Program-made: the position numbers and the translations under genes
Source: Gracilinanus agilis
Lineage: Eukaryota
Assembly (NCBI RefSeq): GCF_016433145.1
Contig: NC_058132.1
Coordinates: 242,183,073-242,247,072, forward strand
Length of the DNA stretch: 64,000 nucleotides
Reading direction: 5' to 3'
In this document: positions 39,498-51,681 of the stretch, piece after piece
Position numbering within the stretch: the first letter of the stretch is position 1
Layout: each line of letters starts with the position of its first letter
Notes under the pieces: model-generated
The model's database searches: none
Seen by the model: the letters and a program-made list of their open reading frames with translations, nothing else
What the model was told of the DNA's origin: nothing

Positions 39498-39640
39498 ATG
39501 TACTTTGCAAAATTTTAAGTACTACATAAACACCAATATTCTACAATTTTACCATTTTCCCTTTTGTAAGTTGAAGTCATTTGCTTGTGCTTTTTGATCA
39601 CATTCTTTAAGAACATCTTGGCTTTTTTTTCTTAATACAG

Positions 39641-39722
39641 GTGAAGGTTCAAGTAAGAAAATGGCAAAGCATAAAGCTGCAGAAGCTGCTATTGGACATT
39701 TGAAAGCAAATGCAAGTCTCTG
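39641..39722 (+). CDS. PRKRA: PRKRA exon 3
   Basis: aatacag|GT; (G)[26 protein letters not shown]; donor TG|gtgagc; 82 bp. Confidence 0.96.
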
Positions 39723-40536
39723 GTGAGCTACTTTTTTGTGTGAAAAAAGTTCAAATGTTGCTGAGGCAAAAACGAAAGTTTGAGTATGTTTGCAAAAGCA
39801 ATAGAAATGAACTGTTGCATTTAAATTGGAAATACTTTTTTTTAAAAAATGAAAGCTATCCTCTTTAGAAATTAAAAAAAGAAAAACAACCCAAGTTCAA
39901 GAATTAAATTTAAATGAATGGTCTATTGAACTAGGCCCATTTTTTTTCCCTATACAAGTGTGGTAGAGATCAGTTATTTCTTGCTACATTCTTTGAATAT
40001 TTACCATAATTGTTTCACAGTATTAAGACTAAGCATTTTTTAAAGGGAAACAATATATTAATGTTAGTAGCTAAAACTGCTCTTTTTAGGGTTCTGACTT
40101 GAGAGACTCAAACAATGAGTTAATTTAAAATGACAAAATCTACAATTTGGTTTTCATCACTGGAAAGCTACTTATCACATATACTTTGTTAGATAATCAA
40201 CACAGAGATCATTAACTAGCTAATAATATAATAATAATATAATAGCCTTTATAAATTATTGAATTATGTGGTAGCTTAGCTGATAAAAAACCCACTGGAA
40301 AAAGTTTTGATGTCTAACACATTGAATTGTATGTCATAAGAATATAACTGTCTGGGCCATGAAGCACCATGTATTTGACACTTTTTAGCTACTCCTTTAT
40401 TTATGAATTTAGAGAATTTCAGAATTAAAAAGATCACAGTGACCACATAGTCCAACCCATACCTGGAAAAGAATATCCCCTTCAATTTAGCCAACATTTA
40501 GTCGTCTAGCCTTGACATGAAGAGTTTTGATTAGAG

Positions 40537-40741
40537 CAGTGATGGGCAAACTTTGTAAAGAAGGGGCCAAAGGAAAGGAAAAGCTCATCTGTCATCTGTT
40601 TCTAAGGTAACTCTTTCGAAGTTTCATTGTATTTTATCCTAGTCATTGTATTTGTCAGATTAGGAATAATGCTGCATGCAGCAGGATAGAAAATTTCAGG
40701 GGGCCACATCTGGCCCACAGGCCATAGTTTGCCCATCACTG
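40537..40741 (+). mobile_element. hAT MITE, family B
   Basis: Perfect 15-bp TIR CAGTGATGGGCAAAC / GTTTGCCCATCACTG; perfect TSD GATTAGAG (40529-40536, 40742-40749). Confidence 0.92.
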
Positions 40742-43639
40742 GATTAGAGGAATCCATTGCATTCTGAGGAAGCCCATTCTACTTTTGAACATATGTTCCT
40801 CTAAATGATTTTTATAATGAAGCCTTTGCAATCCACACCTATAGGAATCCACAAATAGAAAAATTTCCATATGACAGTCCTTCATATACCTAGAAGACAG
40901 TTATCATGTCTAGTCTTTTCTTCCTTCCTCACCTTCTCTCTCCCTACCCCAATTCTTCCTTTCTTTAGACAGTCATCACCAGTTCTTAAACCTTTCCTCA
41001 TATCTCAGGAACTTGAGGTCCTTCATCCTTCTTGTGTTTCTTTGGATATTCTCCAACTTATCAATATCCTTCCTAAAATGTTAAGCCTAGAACTGAACAC
41101 AGTATTTCTGATATGGTTGTATGAGGCAGAATATAATGGGATTATCAGCTCCTTATTCCTAGAAACTATACCTCTCTTATTTCAGCCCAAGATCTCTGTA
41201 GCTAATCTCTGGGCCAGTTTTAATGTCCTTAATTCACACAAGATGCCATCTAGTTCTTGATGATGCTTGTCTTCTGTTTTAGGTTGTTTATAGAAACTTT
41301 CTTTTCTCTGCCTTCTACTATGAACTTTTGGCTTGACCATTTTCCTAGTCTATTTTAAATCTTTGAGAATTCCTAGAGCTCTTACTATAGAGACCATATA
41401 TGCCAGGGCTTGCCTTTGATCTTTTAGAGTAACTCAGATCCTTGAGACTAGAAATCACAAATAACTGATATATACTAATTTTCAAGACTTGACAATTGTT
41501 GCCTGGCATTTTTTTCCTGTTCCTGATGATTGCCATTTTATTTCTGGTTACCAAAAGGTCACCAACATAAAATATTCAGTGCAATTGGTACATTGACATT
41601 GTAAAACTAAATGGCATTGTAAAAAATGAGTATATTCTGTGAAATTTTTCCAAATGATACTTTAGAGAACCAGGGGAAAAAAAGCCAGAAAACACTGTGT
41701 TTTTGTTTCAAGGCAGATAGAAGGGAAACCGTCAGGCTGTACACAAGCTTAAAAGAGTTCACCCAGTGCCATAGTTTTTCTGCCTTTTAATCAAAATTAT
41801 TTGGGAAATTTCATACTACCACATTGTACCTATGTGCCTATAATATGACAACTCAGTCTGAAGCTATGCTGGCAGTCAGAAAATAAATAGGAGATAGTAT
41901 CTGAAATCTCAGTAGTCATAGAAGTTGCCTACCATTAGCTAAAGTAAATGCATGAGGCTTAATTCTGTATTAGTTCTGGCCTTCCAATTAACTATAGTGT
42001 TCTTAAATACATTCTACTTAAAATCCAGCTAAAATAAATCAGAATCTCAACTATTTTAAATTTTTACTCTCAAAAATTAAGAATCTGTCTTGTGCAACAA
42101 AGCATAGCAAAGCTTCACACCACATCACACCACACCACACCATAAGCTTATTCAACATAGCCACCCATAACTAGGTAATACAGATTTTAAAAATTTATCA
42201 CCAGATCATTTCAATCAAAAGTTCATTGAATGTTTCCATGTTCAAGGCACTGTTTTAGACACTAGAGGAAATAGAAGTGAACCTTGCCTCATGGATCTCT
42301 AGGAGAAATGATATAAACAAATAATTACAATAGAAAAATAAAACCTAGGATGCCTAGATTAACTTTATAGAATGAAATATTTTTGCCAGTTTTCCACTTG
42401 TTTTGGCAACAATAATATTACAATAATATTTACATTTATCTAGAGCTTGGTAGTATATGACCGGCTTTACACATATAATATCACATGACTTATAAGTACA
42501 CCTCTTAAGAGTAGGCAGAATAGACATCATCCACATTTTTCAGGAAATAGAGGCTCAGAGAAATAAAATCACTTAACCATATGTTGAGCAAATGACTGAA
42601 CTGGGTCTAGAACCTAGGTTTTCTCATTCCTGGAGTACTTTGTATTCTATTATATGTACTGTGTATTCCATTATACAGGTGAATTTATTTATTATAAGCC
42701 TACCAAAGAAGAAGAAATCCATTCAAATAAGTTACTTCTAGCTTATTAAAATAATTGACAGTTGTTTTCACTGACAGCTGGCCTAAATTGACCCATCAAT
42801 GTCATATAATTTTTCTTCTGCCAAAACCTGTGAGTCTCTTATGTACAGTCAGCACTCCATTTGTATTCTTCATTTCTGTTAACTACTTTACTTTTTTGAG
42901 AGTCTTTGGCCTTTACATAATCTTAGGGTTCAAAGTTCATCTCAAATAACCTTAATGAAATGTAAGCTGAATGTTTTCTCTGAAATTAAAATTCAAAATT
43001 TGATTACGCTTTTTAAAGGTAAAGAATTTTGCTTCTGATTTGTTTCTATTTTTCTGATTTGCTCTTTGTAAATTAATGCTTGTACAATTTAGGTTTGAAT
43101 TCGTTAGTTTTATGTTTGTGTTTGTTTTTAAAAAATAGTTTAATCTTAAGTATGAACTTGGAAAATTCACGCTCATTTTGGCATTAATCAATTTTCAAAG
43201 CGAGCAACAAAAGCCATCAGTCCTCAAATAATTTCCAGTTTGAAGAAGTTCACATCTTTAAAGAAAAAACTATGTTATCTTTATATCTTTTATTTATAAA
43301 AAAATGCATCCCCTTCTCCATACTAGCTTTAATTTCTGTTAACTTAAAAGAATTTTGTAGTACAACTACTTCCTCATGTATAGACTATTTGAAAATCCCA
43401 TTGGATCATGTTGAAGAGTCAGTCCTCACACTATGGCGGATTTATTGGTTTAGAAAATAGAATGTTACACAGCTTATTTAAAGAGCACACTCTGTGGTTA
43501 ATTTAATATAGTTTAGATTTACCAACATTTGATTTACACAGAAATTTTAATAAGTACATGTTCTATAAAGATATACTTCTAAAAGATGCCTTTATTGTTT
43601 ATGCCAGAATTGATTCACAAATATATTTGCAGTATCCCG

Positions 43640-43790
43640 TTACAGAGTCAGCACACTATGGACCATGAGCCAAATTTTAAATTATTTAATTTAAAAATGT
43701 AAAAACCATTCTTAGCTCATTGGACATACAGAAGCAGATGGCAGGCTGTATTTGGCCAATAGGCTGTGGTTAGGTTGCTGACCTCTCTCT
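43640..43790 (+). mobile_element. Old MER58-like hAT remnant
   Basis: aaaaaccattcttagctc...ggcaggctgtatttggcc...ggttgctgacctct resembles the recalled MER58 3' half. Confidence 0.5.
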
Positions 43791-44027
43791 GACCTTGCAG
43801 AATGCAACTATAAACCAAAGAGGATAGTAAATAAAAGATGTCAAGTTAAATTTTTGTTTAATTTTTATCAATTATATTTAATATAATACATCACAAACAG
43901 AAAAGAACAAAAATTAATGAAAGGAATATTTCTCCTTTTATGTATTTTAGATTCAAAATAGGCATGTCTGTTTAGTCATTTTTAGAAGTTATTTCCTAAT
44001 TCATAATATATTTTAAAAATTACTTAG

Positions 44028-44106
44028 TTTTGCAGTTCCAGACCCAACGGCTCCTGATCCTTCCAAGCAACCAAAGAATCAGGCTAATCCTATTGGTTCA
44101 TTACAG
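44028..44106 (+). CDS. PRKRA: PRKRA exon 4
   Basis: tacttag|T; (C)[26 protein letters not shown]; donor CAG|gtcagt; 79 bp. Confidence 0.95.
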
Positions 44107-45160
44107 GTCAGTCATGCATTTATATTTTTCATACATAATTTTTGCCTACTAATAAAAGATATAACCAATTGACTAGTACAATTACGTTGCATAACAAAAG
44201 AAATGAGTATTTTAAAATGAGTAATAGATTTTGTCTTCCAAGTTATTTTCATTAGATGTTACAAAATTAATTTGAAACAATTATTCTATTTATTATGTTT
44301 TGGATTTTCCTCCCATATACAGTATCTGCCTTTGGTTTGTGGAATTCTCATTTGAGATCAGCAGGACCCCTGTGCACATGGGTAGAGTGATTTATATTTT
44401 AAGACTGTTTATTACCATTTGTGACAGAAGACCTCTTTCTACTTCTGTTTTGACAAAAGCCATCATAAATGGCCCAGACCAGATAGCATAGGTCAAGGAA
44501 AGGGAAATAGTTTGTTTTTTACTTACTCTGCCAAAAATAACAGCTTTGTATTATTGCATGCAGTTCATCCTTCTTACAGATTATTTATGCTTTCTATTGT
44601 CCAGTTACCTACCCCCTTTATCCAGTTGGTCCTGTTGAATACCTTCTTCCTTTACATGGGCTTTTCCTTTGATTTTTTTTTTCTTACCTTTCTTCCGCAA
44701 CTTCACAAAGCTAATTGTTTGCTTTCTCTGCTCTGCCCTATTCCCATCTGAATGCATTGATTAGCCAGCTTTGGACACAGAAGTCTACAGACATGACAAG
44801 AGAGGCCACAGGAATCAGTGGTAGTGAGTTCCTCCAGACATCCTCTCTAGTGTTCCTTAAGAGGCTTTCAGCAGCCTGGCTTCTCATTCGATCTGTGATA
44901 TCTCAGTGTATTATGGTTAAATGGAAGAACTCCATTCACAGGAGGGCATTGCTTCAGTGGTGCTGTTGGTGGATGTTATAAAATATAAAAAGTTAGGATA
45001 TCTATGTGAAAATAGGAGGTAAATGTCCCTCATTTTTCATTGCTAAACATCATTACTTTGTTAAGCCTTTACAATAGAAGTGGGGGAAAAGATTATAATG
45101 AGTTTATGATAACCATTACATAGATGAAATTATAAACAAAGTTTTGCCACTGTTTTGTAG

Positions 45161-45301
<141 letters not shown>

Positions 45302-46208
45302 TAATAACATGCTGAATGTCAGAAGAAATTTTTTCTAGTAGTAGATTACTACTTTTTTTTTAAATTTAAATATATCTTAAGACATTGCTTTGGCATACTT
45401 CAGTTTATTATTACTATAAATATGTAGCACCTATGCCTATTAGCATATATCCTAAGCATAAAAGGTCATGTTGTACAACATACAAACAAGCTATGCCGCC
45501 TTCTACTTGTAACTTTTTAATGCCTTTCTATGAAACTGCATTTAGTTGTACACAGATGTTTTCATAACTACAGAAAATGCATAGATTTGAGGATGGGGAT
45601 AATGAATTTTTTAATGAATATGAATGTTTTGTACTCTTAAGCCCAACATAATTTTAAAGCAGATATAAATATCACATACTTTCTTAGACATGCAGAGAGA
45701 GGTAATGGTAAATCTTTTTCAGAATTTCACCATCAATTCCAGAAGCTAAAAGGACTCTAGGGAAAGGTTAAGATTAATAAATGAAGGTGGGGTAGGAAAT
45801 AAGATAATAGAGAAAAAAGAAGGATGAGAGGGACATGAGAATAATGTTGACAGCTTAAAGACATTAAATTTTTAATCCTGTGTTAAGATGATGAGAAAAT
45901 ATAGCTATTCATAAAACTACTGATTATACTGATAATTTGTTTTTCTCATATTTATTCTCTAATGCATTTGAAATCATTTTTAAGGAAGTACATTAATTTG
46001 AGGTAAATACTACGATCAGTTTCAAGGAAATAAGTATCTTTTAAATTATTTTTCTAAATCTAATTCTATCCTTTTACCCCCAGGGAGGTGTGATATATAT
46101 AGTTTTAGGTTTGTTTAAAATAATCAGAGAGGCACATAAAAATGAGATTATAACTCACATAGACCTAGAACTTCACAGAACAGGAAAGTTGTCAGAAGTA
46201 AACCAACT

Positions 46209-46433
46209 GGGGGCAGCTGGGTAGCTCAGTGGATTGAGAGCCAGGCCTAGAGATGGGAGATCCTAGGTTCAAATCTGACCTCAGACACTTCCCAGCTGTG
46301 TGACCCTGGGCAAGTCACTTGACCCACATTGCCTACCCTTACCACTCTTCTGCCTTGGAGCCTTGGAGCCAATACACAGTATTGACTCCAAGACGGAAGG
46401 TAAGGGTTTTAAAAAAAAAAAAAAAGAAGAAGA
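46209..46433 (+). mobile_element. Young full-length SINE1_Mdo-like SINE
   Basis: Intact head, A-rich tail, 15-bp TSD AGAAGTAAACCAACT (46194-46208, 46434-46448); internal CCTTGGAG duplication. Confidence 0.92.
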
Positions 46434-46742
46434 AGAAGTAAACCAACTTGTAGCTCAGTAAAGAGAAGTGTAGGACAAAGCTGAACTTTTATTGATAAAT
46501 AAATACCTATAGAGGACATTTATGTATAAAAATGCAATAGTAGGGGACAGTGGAGATTATAGGTTTATCAAGTATTTGCAACTTAATACTAAAAAGTAAG
46601 TATGAAACCAGGATGAAACTATGCAAAAAACACTAAAACAATTGTTCTATTACATAAGGAACCTATTCTTTCATAATCCATTTAATATCCCTTTGTGGAC
46701 ATACTTTTTTTTAATGTTTTCTTTTATTTTTTCTTTATGTAG

Positions 46743-46837
46743 GAAAGGGAGCATCAAAAAAACAAGCCAAGAGAAATGCTGCTGAGAAGTTTCTTGCCAA
46801 ATTCCGTGAATTCTCTCCTGATAACAATGTTTCCTTA
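46743..46837 (+). CDS. PRKRA: PRKRA exon 6
   Basis: tatgtag|GA; (G)[31 protein letters not shown]; donor TTA|gtaagt; 95 bp. Confidence 0.96.
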
Positions 46838-47573
46838 GTAAGTAGTGTTTGGGCTTTAATGATGTCAATATGATCAAATATCTTATATTGCAGGAAATTG
46901 TATTTTTATTCTGTGTAGTTTTATATACATTAACAAATGTGATCTGTTACTTACTTTATCATGCTAACTCCACTTTTGGTCATCAAATCTATTGTTTATG
47001 CAGTGGAGAATTTAGAGAACAATATAATGTTAAATTGACTTTTAAACAATGGATAACCAGGCCTGAAGACGTAGGAAATGCTGCATTCAGGTCTGCCCAG
47101 AGATACTTCCTAACTGTGTAGTAACCCTGAGCATGTCACTTAATGCCAGTTGCCTGTCCCTTACTACTCTTGGGCCTTGAAACCAACATTTAGTGTTGAT
47201 TCTAAGAAGGCAAGGGTCAAAAGTTATGGCCATCAAAACCATCAAAAAGGGAAACTTGTGGCAGCTGGGCAACTAAATGGATATAGCACCAAGCCTGGAT
47301 TCAGGAAGATCTGAATTCATATCCATCCTCGGACACAGACTAGTTGTATAACCCTGGACAAATCACTTAACTTTTGTTTGCCTCAGTGTCCTCATTTGTA
47401 AAAGAGGATAATAATAGCAGCTATCTCTTAAGATTGTTGTGACGATCCAGTGGGGTATTTGAAGCGCTTTGTGAAATCCCTGGCACATAGCACTCTGTAA
47501 ATATTAGCTGATATCATTATAAGTAGACATCCCACTCAGAATTTCACTATTTGGGCTTGTGCTTGCTGGAATT

Positions 47574-48524
47574 CTATTAATCACCAGTATTTTTAAAATC
47601 TTTTCACTACAGTAAATCAAAAACTCTTTTGATTTCATGTCCTCATTTGACCTGACCATGTAAAAATATAGTCCTTTGTCAGATAAACGTCAAGAACATT
47701 GTATATGATTCTTTGCTACATTTTAGGCTGATTATTGATAAACTGGAACATGTATAGATTAGTATAAATAAGCATGATGAAAAGACTCAAAATCCATGAT
47801 CACTTGTTAAGGATGGATTATAGAAAAGATGCCTAAATCTGAGAGATTAGACTAAAAAACAACTAAAGTGCATTATAATTCTTGGAGTTTATGATCATCC
47901 ATTTTACAAATGAGAAAACTGAGAATCACAGGATTTAACCTTTGTGACATTAGAGACCCATGAGTCCAAATCTTGCCTTTTATAGATAAGGAGATGGATA
48001 CTATGAGAGGTTAGTCTTTTGTTGTCACGTAGCCATGAATGAACAAAGCCAAAGCACACTCAACCCCTCACCCTTTAAGCATAGACTCTTTACAGACAAT
48101 GTATTGCCTCTATACTCAGCAGTATCTGGTGAGTGTGTGGGGAATGGAGCAGGCATTTTAGGTTCATTTTACAAGTAAATAAACCAAATTCTGGGACTGA
48201 AAGGGACTTCAAAGGGATGACTGTCAGGTTTGTGGAGGTCCCAACTCCCTTATTTTCTGGACAAAGTCCAACAGGGATCAGAGAGGTTATGTGATTTGCC
48301 CAAAGTGACAGTTAGAAAATAGCTAATCTGAAACTAAAACCTCAGTCTTCTGACTCCCTTGTCCAGGACTTTTCTCAGTAAAAGAACATTGTTTCTTAAG
48401 AGAGTTGACAGTTCTCTTTAGATCAATGTCTATTAACCACCAGTATTTCAAAAATCCTGACTACAATAAGTAAAAATTTCTATTGATTTCATGTCCTCAT
48501 TGGACCTGACCATGTAAAAATATA
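47574..48524 (+). repeat. Pair of ~96-bp direct repeats (47574-47670, 48430-48524) in PRKRA intron 6
   Basis: Shared CTATTAA(T/C)CACCAGTATTT start and ~40-bp core TGATTTCATGTCCTCATT(T/G)GACCTGACCATGTAAAAATATA with one mismatch. Confidence 0.85.
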
Positions 48525-49282
48525 ACCCCATTGTACTCAACCTTCTTGGTGGAGGAGGAGTAGGGAGTTATGGCAGTGCATGAGAAATATTATGTCCATG
48601 GTAGATGAAGGTTTTTTGTTTCCATTCTGGGAGTAATTGGAATAATTTATTAGAGCTAGTTAAAGAAACTAAATTAGTAGTTGCTTTTTGAAAACAAGGT
48701 AATGCTTTCTCTATAAAATATCTCAAATATCATGCTGAGCAACTTATCCACTTCACTGTTCATTTTCTACTTCATAAATGTACCCTATATTGGTAAAGTG
48801 TTCTTTTGGCCTGCCTATACTGTCTCACATCAACCTTTCCCTGATTCTTTTTCCTCATTTCTTGCTTAATTCTAGACCATTTGTCAGGCTTGGTTAAACT
48901 CAATAAGGACAAATCAAGCAATAGAATCTTAAAGATATCAGTGTAGTGATTAATGTGAAAATTATCTGAGAATGCATTATTAAGAAGACTCATTATTTGC
49001 AGCTTTGTAGCATTTCCGAGTATAACCCTGGGAAAATTCTAATGAGAACCTTTGTACTTTTAAAAAACATTTGCACTAATTCTGATATACACATATTTTA
49101 TTAGCTAATTTCTGTAAAACTGTATCTGTGCCTTATTATCTATGTCAAGATGGAAAATTATATATAATCCAGTTTCTGATTAAAACTTTTTTATAAGGTT
49201 ACACATAAGATAGTTCTTTAATGTTTTTGATCAGGGTGAAAGATTATCTGTCTATAAGTCTAAACTTTTAAATGTTTTTCAG

Positions 49283-49457
49283 GCAAATGCACTAGGAAGT
49301 ACCATTGGTTGTACTTGGAATTCTCTGAGAAATTCAAATGGGGAAAAAATAACTTTACTGAGAAGAAGCCTGCTCAGTATTCCTAACACAGATTACGTCC
49401 AGATGCTTGGAGAAATTGGAAAGGAACAAGGTTTTGAAGTAACATATTTGGATATAG
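49283..49457 (+). CDS. PRKRA: PRKRA exon 7
   Basis: ttttcag|GCA; [58 protein letters not shown]; donor G|gtaaaa; 175 bp. Confidence 0.96.
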
Positions 49458-50221
49458 GTAAAATTTTCTTTTTAGTCAATTTCAAAAAATTTTTGTTTTG
49501 AGAAACAAAAGTGGAGAATTCTTGGTTAGAGTCTAATCATTTCTTGCACTGATTTAGAATTCATATTGTGATAGTTTTCTACCCCATTATTTTTGGGGAA
49601 AGAATGGGAATAGCTTTGGACTGCCCCCATTCAACCTTAGCTTAAAACTTTACTTTGTCCTGGTCTTTAATTTTTGTAATTAGAAGAGAGTAAGGCCAGA
49701 TGAGAAAGTGGTAATGTGGACTGGTAACTTGATTTTTGGTTTTAATTACTTTCACAAAACTTCTCCTATGATTAATATGAATATTTGATTATTAAATTTT
49801 CAGTTTTAATCTATCTCATCAACATTAATCAAGAGTAAGAGTGGTTGTGAATAATTAAGTTCTTTACAAATTTTACCATCTGTTATAAGCTGAATTCATC
49901 AACAAAAAGACATTTTATAAGTATTGTAGACTTTAGAAGAGAACTTCTGATTATCTGTAGTACTTTGAGTAGTCATAGAGCGTAAAGAATTCATGCTACT
50001 TTTATGTCCTAATAATGCTGCCTACACCACAATAAATATTTGAATGAACTTAGAAATGTAGCATAGATGGTCAGAAAAATGTTTTATAAGAGATTAGTTG
50101 TACATTGAGTTTGGAGAGGATTGTGGAGAATGTCTAATTCATAATCATTAAATTAAAGAAGAAAAAAGTTGAATTTTAGTTACGATTTAATGGTGCAATT
50201 ATTTTTGAAAATATCCAAACT

Positions 50222-50490
50222 CAGTAATGGTGAACCTATGGCACATGTACCATAGCACACAGAGCACTCTCTGTGGTTACATATGCTGGCCTTCCCTTTC
50301 CCCTCTCCACCATGCCCGATGACATTTTTTTCACATTCCTGCCCCTCTGTCCAGCAGCCCAATTGGAATGCTTCCTTCTTCCCCTGTGTGTGTGTGTGTG
50401 TGTGTGTGGCGGGGGGGCACACCTAGTACTAGTCGGGGGGTGGGGGGGGTAGGGCATAGCACATGGTCTCTAAAATATTTGCCTTCACTG
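50222..50490 (+). mobile_element. hAT MITE, family C, with internal (GT)n
   Basis: Ends CAGTAATGGTGAACCT / ATATTTGCCTTCACTG; TSD TCCAAACT / TCCTAACT (one mismatch). Confidence 0.8.
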
Positions 50491-51191
50491 TCCTAACTGA
50501 TTTTTAGGCAAGTTGACTAATTTCAGTATTTCTAATTGAATTATTATAAAATTACATTTGTTATTGGATCAGAATGACTATCTTGTTTCAAGGTTATGCT
50601 GTACCTTTTGAGTGTGTGTGTTTTTAATATGTATCTTTTTGCTAGACTGATCCTCAAATGACACACACATTCAGCAAGTATTATGTACCTATTATGAGTC
50701 AGTGACTCTGCTGGCCCATATTTGAAGACTTTCCAATTTTGTGGGTTACCATAGGGTTTTCCTCTATTGGTTTCATCTTCCAGAACCCAGTATTACCTCT
50801 ATATTGCAACAAGTCATAAGAATGGACTCCACTAAAGTAGAGATTTGGGATTGTAATCTTTAAAACATTCATACCCACAATAATGCATATGACCAAAAGC
50901 AGGCTTGACCTAACTACATTTTCATTTTCCCAGATTCAAATGTCAACTGATAAACAGCATCTGACATCTTAATAGAAAATTAGAACTTTATTTTTAGCTG
51001 TACCAAGAAAAAATGAAGTTGTCCTGCCTTTGGAGTTAAGCTTTGTTCCTTTGCAGAATGAGTGGCAAGAATTAATAAGGCACCATAAATTTATGTTTGC
51101 TAATAAGAAGATATTTAATTTCTTAAACTCAAGTTTCCTGTTTGTTGATACAAAGTTTGATGTGTCAGTAATAGTAGTTTATCTGTTTCAG

Positions 51192-51349
51192 AAGAATTGA
51201 GTGTGAATGGACAGTACCAGTGTCTTGCTGAACTTTCAACCAGCCCTGTCACAGTCTGCCATGGATCTGGGATCTCCTGTGGCAGTGCTCATAGTGATGC
51301 AGCTCACAATGCCCTGCAGTATTTAAAGATAATGGCAGAGAGAAAGTAA
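51192..51349 (+). CDS. PRKRA: PRKRA exon 8 (domain 3, stop)
   Basis: tttcag|AA; (E)[51 protein letters not shown]. Joined CDS 942 nt = 313 aa. Confidence 0.97.
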
Positions 51350-51638
51350 ACTTGGAGCAACTTTAAGAAAAATCCTTCAGCAGCAGTAGCACATAAAAGG
51401 AGTTTTTTTTCTTTTTCCCCAAGTAAAATGTTGACTGTAATGTTTAGCTTGTGTGATGTTTCTAAATCACTTTCATAGAAAACCATCAGACTACAGTTTT
51501 CATTATATCACAGCAGTGGTTATGAATTAAGCTCTTTTTAATGGCTTCAACTTTGTATTGTTTTCTTGTATTTATAAACTTTGTATCATGAAGCAGAGTG
51601 TAGCACCTAGTACAATGCCATGCACACAGTAGGCAGTA

Positions 51639-51681
51639 AATAAATATTTCTTGTTTATAATGATGACGATGATGAAATAAA
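51639..51681 (+). terminator. PRKRA: Candidate PRKRA polyadenylation signals
   Basis: AATAAA at 51639-51644 and 51676-51681, ~300 nt after the stop. Confidence 0.45.
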
